A stretch of DNA of 64,000 bases from Epiperipatus broadwayi (taxonomy: Eukaryota > Animalia > Onychophora). How positions within the stretch are numbered: the first letter of the stretch is position 1; the number at the start of each line of letters is the position of its first letter. Below are positions 54,255 through 64,000 of this stretch, piece by piece. Both the position numbers and the translations under genes were made by a program. The stretch is from NCBI GenBank assembly GCA_028023455.1, contig JAQFVV010000003.1:24676001-24740000 (forward strand). The letters are read 5' to 3'. The notes below the pieces were generated by a model. It saw only the letters and a list, made by a program, of their open reading frames with translations. It was not told where the DNA came from and did not search any database.

Positions 54255-56745
54255 TCATCATCATCATCAACCATTATCAATCCACTGCAGGATGAAGGTC
54301 TCTCCAAGTTTAATCCATCTTCTCCGATCTTTAGCTTCTCTTCTCCACAACACCCCTGCACATTTTCTTATTTCATCCATCCATCTCACATGTGGTCTCT
54401 TTCTGGGTCTTTTACAATCTCTTGGAATCCAGTTTAAAATTTCAATTGTCCATCTATTATCATCTCTTCTAGCAATATGTCCAGCCCAACTCCATTTCAA
54501 TCTTTTAATTTTTTCAATAAGGTCAGTAACACCTGTTTGTTGTCTTACCCATACATTGCGTTTTCGATCTCTTCTTGTTACTCCCAACATACATCTCTCC
54601 ATACTCCTTTGAGTGGTCTGAAGTCTCTGTATTGCTCTTCTATTAAGTGTCCAAGTCTCAGATCCATAAGTAAGAACTGGTAAAACACATTTGTTAAAAA
54701 CCATCCTTTTCAAACACATAGGCATATATCCTTTTAGTATCAAGTTATTTCTACCAAAAGCACTCCAACAAAGTTTAATTCTATGATTAATTTCCTCCAT
54801 TATGTTTCCATCTGTATTAATAATCTGACCAAGATATTTGTAACTGTTAACTTCTTCTAATTCTTCATAATCAATCTTTATTTTCATATTTTGAGCAAAT
54901 CGATTAAACATTACTTTAGTCTTTTTAACATTTATCTTTAGTCCTACTTTTCTACTTTCATCTGCTAACTCCTGCAGCTCTGAAGCATTATTTGCAAAAA
55001 CAACTACATCATCTGCGAAATCTAAATGACTTAAATACTCTCCATTTACTTTCACTCCTTTAGCCTCCCATTTTAATTCACAAAATACTTCTTGCAGCAC
55101 TGCTGTAAAGAGTTTTGGAGATATGGAGTCACCTTGTCTTACACCTTTCTCAATGTTGATTTTTCCAGTATCATTATGTAATCTAATTGTTGCTGTTGCA
55201 TTTTTATAAATATTCTTTAAAATATGACAATATCCTGGATCTATACCTTGATGATCCAATGCTTTAATCACTGAAGAAATGTGTATAGAATCGAATGCCT
55301 TTTCATAATCTACAAATCCAAAACATAATGACAACTCATATTCATTTGTCCTTTCTATGACTTCTCTCAATACCTGGATATGATCTATTGTACTAAAACC
55401 ACTTTTAAATCCAGCTTGTTCTCTTGGTTGGTGGAAATCCAAAGTTCTCTGTAGACGAGTTGTAATTATCTTGGTAAAAATTTTATATAAAACTGATAAA
55501 AGGCTGATAGGTCTGTAATTTCTAATATCTTCTTTATCACCTTTTTTAAATATTAATATTATTACTGCAGTCTTCCAATCTTCCGGTACATCTTTATCAT
55601 TTAGACATTTGGTATATAACTTTGCTAAAATTGTTTCTATTTCTTCACCTGCTTCTTTTAATATATCAATTATAATTCCATCATTTCCTGGAGCCTTTCC
55701 TTTCTTCATACACTTAATTGCATGTCTCATTTCTTCATTTAAAATTCTGGGCAATTCGGAAGATGTAATAGATATAGGAGGTACTTGTTCTTTATTACTA
55801 TATAATTCTTGATAAAAATCTTCTACCAATTTCATGATGTCATCTCTCTTTTTAGTAATAATTCCATCTTTTTTTCTTATTGCAGATATAAATTTTCTAC
55901 CAATACCAAAATGTTGTTTAACATTTTTGAGACTTTTATTTTCTTCTACAGCTTTCCTTGCTATTTCACAGTTATACTTTCTTATATCATTTTCAACTCT
56001 TTTCTGTACCATTTTACAAAATTCGAGATATTCAATTCTTTTTAATACATCATTTTTGTATATCTTCATATTCCTTCTTTTCTTCATAAATTCTCTAGTC
56101 TCAGTAGAAATTTTATTAGTCAATTGCTGCTTTTTTCTACCAGCTATGTTTGTTGCAGTTTTTAAAAGTGTATCAGTTATTTTCATATTAATTTCATTCA
56201 AATCTGTATCATGTTCAAAATCTCCTAACACTTGAAACCTATTTGTAAGTTCTAATTTAAATTCATTAGAATGTTTCTGAAGATTAGGAATATCAACTGT
56301 AAATATTGTTTTTCTTAATAATTTTTGTCTTTCTAGTTTTACATTAACACATAACTTACACCTTACTAATCGATGATCACTTCCTGTGTTAAATTTATTA
56401 AGAACATTACAATCTTGAAATATGTATTTTCTGTTAGTCAAAATATAATCCAATTCTGCTGTACCTTCATTTGGATGCTTCCATGTCCATTTCCTTTTAA
56501 CCTTTTTGTCAAAAAATGAATTCATAATATAAAGTTTTTCTTTTTCTGCAAACTCCACAAGTCTATGTCCTCTCTCATTTCTATTACCATAACCAAAATT
56601 ACCTTATTACTTATTAAAAGAATTCTATTTAAATGAATTTCAAATCCGTTCAGTATAGCTCGATCTTATAATCTATTCGCGAGCGACTCTCGATCTCCAT
56701 TTAAATCTCCAATTATAAATGTTTTAGAATATTTCAAACTCTGTT
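54255..56745 (-). mobile_element. RTE-clade LINE retrotransposon, 5'-damaged, with 763-aa uninterrupted ORF (C-terminal APE region plus RT)
   Basis: ORF 54267-56558 has APE motifs (LDYIL, SDHRLV) and RT motifs (YRPISLLS, QAGF, VDYEKAFDS, GVRQGDSISP, FADD, YKYLG). The (TGA)n tail at 54255-54269 directly follows the stop, as is typical of RTE. The frame extends upstream (GNFGYGNRNERG), and a broken GDLNG (GDFN-like) motif lies near 56700-56745. Confidence 0.93.
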
Positions 56746-57599
56746 AGACTTTACATGACTCACATATGCCTACCATGTCACCAAATTTTAGACACGTTAT
56801 CTAAACGAACCCAAGTACGAGGTATCAGCCATCTTGTTTGTTTATTATATAACTATCCAATTTATATCGCTAAATTATTTTATTGTCAAATCATTAAAAT
56901 CTTATTTAGAAATTTCTTTCTTTTTTTTATTTATTCGGGGTGCAATATAAATTACATAGTACATTAAACTTATCTTTGGCACATCTATAAGTTATTGTTA
57001 AATTAACCTAGGGCTATTTTAGATTTAGAGTCTTTTGTCTTCTCCCTGATCACCGGCACTGGCATGAAATTATACTATTAGTAGCATCAAATGTGTTATC
57101 ACGTAGAGGGTATTGTGGAGTTTGGACTTTGGATTCGAACTTGGGACTTCTGGGAGGTAACTCTCCTAGTGTTGAGTTCTATGTCCCGGGTTTAAATTCT
57201 GCAGCGTGTTAGCGAGATAGACATGTTTTGACTGTTACAATATACATACACGTGTAACAAAAGCTTGTTTTATTAAATCTTAAATTAAATAATGTCACAA
57301 TTGGATAATTTATCTTTTTCAAAGTGAAGTAAAAAAAAACATTTATTTAATAAAATCTTATATATATACTAACAATAAGATATTTGTCAATGTATTAGAC
57401 ATCATGATTTATGACTTCAACTTAGTAGTCATAGCAATGACCTAATGTCAAGTCAATACCTAGGCAACCAAATGTTAGAAAATGAGAGTAGAATTTTATT
57501 ACGTAATTTTAATTTTAACTACAACCATTTAGTAAAGGCAACAATAGACAATTACAACAATAAAAGAAGTGAAAAAGCTCATATACTAGGCAACGGAAA

Positions 57600-58000
57600 C
57601 TAGGCAGGGTATAAAAGTGAACCCAGTTCATTTCCATTGTCTTTTGTTATTTATCGATGGATAGGATAACCACACATAACCAAAATCTCAAGATCGAATC
57701 TGCTAATGCAAGGGAAAATGGATGATTTGTTTGAAAATCCCATATCAGCCGTATAATTTTCACATCACAAAAGTTGAAAGAAATCATAATCAACTTTTGA
57801 AATAAAGAAAGTTGATCATTTCTAGCAATTTGATGAAAGAATTGAACTGATTTTGAGAAAGACTGTGCTATTGTTCGAACAAGGAGAAAAGGAAAGAGTA
57901 CATCACCAGCGTATATAGATAAATGATGAAGTAAAATTTTTCTTTTATATAACTCACTAAATGCCAAATAATGAACTGAAGAAAATTAAATCTATTATAA
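57600..58000 (+). mobile_element. Possible retroviral-type integrase remnant
   Basis: KVERNHNQLLK resembles the G.VER.NRTLK integrase motif. Otherwise heavily decayed. Confidence 0.25.
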
Positions 58001-60990
58001 AATAATAGCTACTCTCTCAACCACAGGGGTGTAATGATTTAATTCACTCGTCTATATAATGCATAAAGAAATATCAAATGTTCCATACAAAATGTTTAAA
58101 TAGATCCAGGAGAAAAGCAGCTGCAGAAATTGGAAACAACATCGTTCCAAGCATGTTGCTGAGGAATTCGAATGATTGAGGAAGGACTTACCTAGAATAT
58201 AATGAAAAGAAGGTAATAGACTGCATCCATGAGAGACATTATCGCTAGATTCATGGATTTTAATCTGGATGATTGAAGAAAATTTGATTTATTAAGTGTT
58301 AGATTTTTTTTTTATATGTTTATAAAATTTCTATTCTCATTTCATTTCTACCCAACATAGTGCAGGGGGTAAAAATCTTAACTTAGATAATATTTTTTTT
58401 TATGTAAATAAAGTTTAGGTCAGTTCTCTCCATAGTGACATGATATTTGGATCCCCACCACATAATATGGAATGAGGTAAGAGTTTTGATATTATTCCAT
58501 ATTAATTACATGCACTATTACAGGACAGAATTAGTGTTGTTTATTTATTTTAATTAACAGTCGTTATATTTATTTTATTCTGTGTGAATGCCTACTCTTT
58601 TTATGTGGATGGGCTTTTCTGTCAAACATACCAACCATACTTAGGCAGGGGGTCCCAAACAAAATGGAATGTCAATCATTGGAATTCGATGCAGAGGCTA
58701 TTATATATCTTTGTGTAACATTGTAAATTAGTTAGTCAGCTTCATCGTTGATGTAATCATGATTTTTTTTTTTATTAATTTAATTTGCTTTGTAAATAGT
58801 GAGTGCTGAATTATGTATCTCTACCATGAGTATGGGTTGGAATAATGGATATTTTTAATCGATGATATGGTAGAAATACATACTTGACACATATAACTAT
58901 ATTTTTTATGATGTTAAATGAGTTTTAAATTTTATTTATTAATAAAAGTTATTAATTTGATTTAAAATTTAACTGGGCTCTAGTTTATCAAAATCATTCA
59001 TACACCCATTCATCAACTTATTTGACTATATATATATTGTAGGGGTTAGCTTACAACGCAAATATTCCTAACAAGATTGGCCTATTTATTGAATCCAGTC
59101 CATTTGAAACTTGCATTAATAATGGGGAGATTATTTGTTTATTATTAACATATATAACATGTACAACACATATATATTTATTTATTTATATTCACAGTGA
59201 ATTAGGAAACTCACAATAAATTATTATTTTGTAACAAATCATTTAATACAACCAATATTTGATTAATAAACTGTAATGGATTGTTTTAAATCTAAAATTG
59301 AATGTAATTTATAATCAGATGACTTTGGGATAGCCTGAGGTCAAGTTAGGTGGCCACGTGTGAAAATAAAACTGTGTTATAAATGAAATGTATTTATACA
59401 ATAGGCAGTTAAAAATCTAAGCGTTTCAGGAGATCTCCGCATGGACTGTATAAAAACAGAAACTTTTTACAAATCACTCTTCTTGTCAATAATATTCCAG
59501 CGATGATAGCAATTAAATTAAAATTTCAAACGCTAAAATGAAGTTTTGTTTCTTCTTTTACTTGAATTATAGAAGTTATTAAAATCAAGTATTGTACTTT
59601 AAAGTTTGTCAAATTCAGAAGAAAGAAAGTGAGAAGTAAAAGTAAGAATAATTTATATATTTTTGTATAATTAAATCATGTGTTGAAGGTTATTGGAATA
59701 ATTTTAGTATTTTAATTCTTTTCAAAAATAAAAAACGAAAATTAAGTCTGCTGAAAATAGGAAGCAAAAATGAAATAACTCTTTTAATGTATATATATAT
59801 ATGTAAAGTGCTTCTATATTATCTAATATAATTTATGATTACAAATAATTATTTAATGGTATTTTAAGATGAAGATGGGCTAAAGCAAAAAATGCTATTG
59901 TGAATCATGTCATTTCCTAACAGTTGCATAAAACCTCTATTTTCATTCTACTTTATTATAAAACACACAAGAGGATGCCTGCAGTCCAAAGGAAACAAGC
60001 ATTGGAATATTTAAATCAGTTAAGGATTGAGGTGTTTACTATAAATGACTACAGGAGACCCCAATGTACCTATCTATCCTTGCTAAGGAAAATGATTTGC
60101 CGAGTCAAACTGCTGTTGGAGAGTAACATGCTTAACCATCAACTACTACTACTATTAGGATGATTTTTATGAACTTTGTTCCAACTACAATTTTAATCAA
60201 GAAATTAATGTTATAAATTTTTGTTTGATTTTTTTTTAATCTATGTTGTATTTTCACACTATGAAACTAGACACCTCATTTTTCAGAATTAGCAAAGAAG
60301 AAATGGGGGGATGATTCACTTAGTTATTTTTATTTTATTGTAAATAAAATCTAGGTCAACTTACCTGCTTCACATAAGGTTATCCATGTAAATAGTAATG
60401 GAAGATTCTCTATATTTATTTTTACAGATTAAATTGCAACACTTGGTACAGAATACACCTTATATGTTTTATTTTGTTGATTAATCCTCGGTATATATAT
60501 TTTTCCAGTGTGATTGACTAATCAACTAGTGTTAATTACTATACCTATCACATATATATAAATTGGGGGAACTTAAATAAATTGCGAAAATCAGTAAATA
60601 TATAATTTAGCTAGCCAGCATCTCAATCATTTTAAATTATTAATATTTATTTTTCTATATAGTTCATAATTTGTAAAGAATGAGTGTCGTAGATGGATTT
60701 CTACCATGGGGTAAAAGGGATGGATCTAGAGAATTATTAGCTAACAGAATGGTAGAAGTTCACATGTGACATTTATATATATATATTATTATTACTATTG
60801 TTATTATACTTTATGTTAATGTTATTTATCATTGTCAATAAATGTTTAAGAGTTATATTATTCTGGTCTCTGGTTTATTGAGTTGTCCTGACCCTTCTAC
60901 AGTTAACAAACAATTATGTATGTATACACATCTATTTTCTTGTCACATAAAAGTTGTATAGTAAAACAAATATAATAAATGCTAGTTGTA

Positions 60991-61790
60991 ACCTATACAG
61001 AGGTGCAGAAGTTGCTTTGTAGGGTCAAAAGCAATATTCTCTCTGGGGTCGAATATTAGAGCACAATGGAATCGGAAAGGGGTGAAAGTGGATGAACTAA
61101 CCTAAATTGCATTTGATATTATTAAATAGGGATAGAGCTAGTCAATTGCAAGTGCGTGCAATCATTGGTTAAGCATTTCATCAGGTTTTCATTAGTATCC
61201 TACTCGAAGACTCAAAGTTCGACCATAGTTAGATGCAACTTTTTCCCCTTCCAAGCTTGGTAGAATTTCGTGGACCATGTTATCAGGGGCAATAAATCAG
61301 GGCACACTGAGTCATAGTCTCCAGATTGCTACATCTGCATAATATTACAGTCCACAGGTTATTTCCCATCCGTTACATCTGTTGTGGGCAGGATTGAATC
61401 TAGGCATATTTTACCGTCTGTTACAATATATATATATGCGCACATCCACTTTTCCATATATAATGATACAGCAATAGAGTTGGATGGATCTTAAGTCAAT
61501 CAGAACCTGTATAGAGGTGCTGCTATACAAAGTAAATTTGCCCCTGAAGAGAACCAAAAGCAACATTTTCCTAAGTTTGGATACTGAGGTGTAACGGAAT
61601 CAGAGAAGGGTGAGCCATGGATGAACTAGCCTAAATTGTATCTGAATTTAATGTATAAACTTAGAGCTAGTAGATCATTGGTTAGGTACTTCATTGTGTC
61701 ATTCACAGCATCCTACCCAAAGACTTTAGGTCTGACCGCAGTATGATGTGATCCCCCTCTTCTGGCAGAAAACCTTGACCATTACAATAT
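60991..61790. repeat. Diverged direct repeat: about 290-bp units with 514-bp period
   Basis: Shared blocks ACCT.TA.AGAGGTGC, GGATGAACTA.CCTAAATTG, AGAGCTAGT, ATCATTGGTTA and ATCCTAC.C.AAGACT at 60991+ and 61505+. Confidence 0.7.
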
Positions 61791-62709
61791 GTGCATACTA
61801 TTAAACACAATTGCTCTTGAAAATATGATTTATAAAGCATATTTTTCCCTTGAAAATATTTATTTCAACATATATATATAACTTCAATTTATAAGTGTCA
61901 TTTTATCAAAATGCATTCTTAGATAACTGCTGCCTTCAAACTTCTTCACTATTAACTATTTGAAGTTAGAAATTATTATATTTTTAAAAGTCATATATTT
62001 TTAATCCTGTACTAAAGATCAAATACAGTGTATACATTAATTTTTTTTAACACATAGTTCCTATCAAAATGCATCTTGGGAGTCATTTACATTTTTCTAG
62101 TGTAACCATATGGTTTAAAGAAACAATGTGAGTATTTAGGGTATTTTAGAAATATATGTGTGTGTGTCTTTTTCTAACAAACCCTGTTTTAATCTACTTT
62201 GCATTTTCTATAATTATGTGCCTAAAATTAAATTAATGTTCGTTTTTCACATTTATGATATATGATATATGATAAAAAAATAGTCATTGGCACAGCAACT
62301 ATAGAAATAGAGCATCTTTCCCATCTGTAGTGAAAGATACTTTGTATTATATTAATATTGATTTTACATTCATGTATTGTCATTACTCACCTGACCATAT
62401 GGGACTTTTATTCTCCAGCTGATAATAGCTAGATTTACTAATCAGTACTGATGATTAACTATGTTAACTATGACTTGGTTAAAATTCTAAACCTGCTTGT
62501 TAAGTTAATTCATCCCAAATCATATCTGAGAATGTGTGTTGGGCAAGCAGATATTCTCTAATCATTACACTGGAGATTCTTAAAATTATTATTCTTAGGA
62601 TATATAATAAAGTTTTCCATGTGCTGTTCATGCATCTTTTTAGTTTTTCTAAATTATATTCAATATAAACTATATTACCAAAATGATTAATTCTTACATT
62701 AAAAATTAC

Positions 62710-62854
62710 CTTTCAGCCAAGCCACCTTCTGTAAGACCTGAAAGAACAATGGGGTCAAAGGGTTCCTCGGTCCCAGAAATAGTAATTCCTAAAGGGCCAC
62801 CATGTCTTACCAATTCTACTGTGTAGGTAACAGCTCCATTTGGATCTGGTTCAT
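62710..62854 (-). CDS. GRIP: GRIP (glutamate receptor-interacting protein) exon, N-terminal half of PDZ6
   Basis: TTTCAG acceptor and GTAATT donor on -, 145 nt. Reads (D)[47 protein letters not shown](R), near-identical to GRIP1 PDZ6 ([26 protein letters not shown]). Confidence 0.95.
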
Positions 62855-64000
62855 CTGAAATACATTTGAAAAAATTAAAATATTGATTTACTTCAATAAC
62901 AGATGAATTTTAATTCATGTCATTGAATCATTTCCGTTTAAGAATCATTTTCAACAGCAATATCATACCATATTTTGGCTTAAAAGAAAATTCTATTATA
63001 AAATAAGAATTTAATAAAATAAAATTATAACAAAATTTTCTAAATAAATAAATAAAAATAAATGATTTGTTACTCAGAAGATCATGTGATGTTTAAGCAT
63101 CAGAAGTGATTACAACTTTAATCCGAAAACCTTTAGCTCTCTGAATCAACTATTCTAGTACTGGATTAGACCTCTCAAGGTCAATATTAAACTAAAATTT
63201 AGACAATGCTGTCATTTTAGAAATAGATGAAGTTTTAATTCAGGAAGCATAGAATTTATAAGATGTTTCCACTTTTACTTAGATGGAAATGTGTAAACAA
63301 TATATGGATTATAAATAAATATTAATAACTAAATGTCTTTGGATTTTTGTTATAGGATGAAATTAAAAATAGAATAAAATTATCTATTAAGAAAATGCTA
63401 ACTATTCCAGCGAAAACATGGATTCTGATGATTGAATATATCATTACACTTTGGATTACTTTTCTGAAACTATTATAATTGAAAAGTATTTTAAGAATAG
63501 ATTCATGGAATAAATAAGCTAGAAACATCATAAATTATCACCAAAGATGAAAAGGCTAGACAATATAAAAGTCAATAAGAAAAGAAATGATGATGGTATA
63601 GGAGTTATATAATGGTGATAAAAGGAGACCATAGTATAGATTTGATTTTAGGTCAAAGGATAAAACAGCACTCTGGTAAATGATAAGATTGATTGTGGTC
63701 GGATTGAAAATATTTCTAATAAATGATTATTTTGGTATAAATATTAATCAGTAATCAAAAAAATGAAACAAGATTAGAAAAAAAATTCAAGTCACTAAAA
63801 TATTAAAATTTTCAAATTAAAGGTAGAACACTTGATGATTATAGAAATCATATGATGATGTTGTTGGAGATAGAGTATTATGACTAACCAATAATCCTTA
63901 ATTATCATCACTTTTCTCTTACCATTTATTTTAGAAATTTCCAATTTTATAGATACATCAATAGTTGTTTAAAGGTACTGAGGACTGGAATGCTGTAAAA

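Noticed and set aside
54086-56235. Plus-strand ORFs overlapping the RTE (e.g. 54241-54612, 55834-56235)
   Set aside because: Antisense shadows of the RTE ORF.
58646-58660. hAT-like terminus CAGGGGGTCCCAAAC
   Set aside because: No partner TIR with a matching 8-bp TSD was found.
63095-63145. CAGAAGT-GATTA(CAACTT)TAATC-CGAAA
   Set aside because: Good stem II, but two core changes, no convincing helix III or stem I, and a single copy in the window.
1-64000. CRISPR arrays, rRNA genes and prokaryotic systems; remaining 60-130-aa ORFs; homopolymer and dinucleotide runs
   Set aside because: No repeat-spacer array or rRNA similarity was seen. The DNA is spliceosomal-intron-containing eukaryotic sequence, and the short ORFs are low-complexity products of AT-rich DNA.

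Overview
Very AT-rich, intron-rich animal DNA (an invertebrate, probably arthropod; this assignment is inference). Two protein-coding genes run convergently. On + are the last four exons of the replicative helicase subunit MCM2 (3728-3880, 3955-4137, 11662-11817, 23428-23538 with stop). On - are the last six exons of a GRIP-family multi-PDZ scaffold (62710-62854, 46817-46962, a predicted 32-nt micro-exon 46704-46735, 40357-40519, 36841-37448, 34191-34394 with stop), encoding PDZ6 and PDZ7. Introns and the intergenic gap are filled with mobile DNA: a young 5'-damaged RTE LINE (763-aa ORF), older LINE remnants, two Charlie/SPIN-type hAT elements with exact 8-bp TSDs, a Tigger-like MITE and a tiny tRNA-Gly-derived SINE with a 16-bp TSD. 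The most interesting signal is four sequence-unrelated MITE-looking palindromes (13.5, 16.9, 41.5, 42.6 kb) whose arms carry outward-facing type I hammerhead-ribozyme-like motifs. One has a fully canonical core (CUGACGA-stem II-GAAA at 43028-43053). This suggests a class of short inverted Penelope/retrozyme-type insertions rather than DNA transposons. All calls were made by eye, without database searches or folding software.
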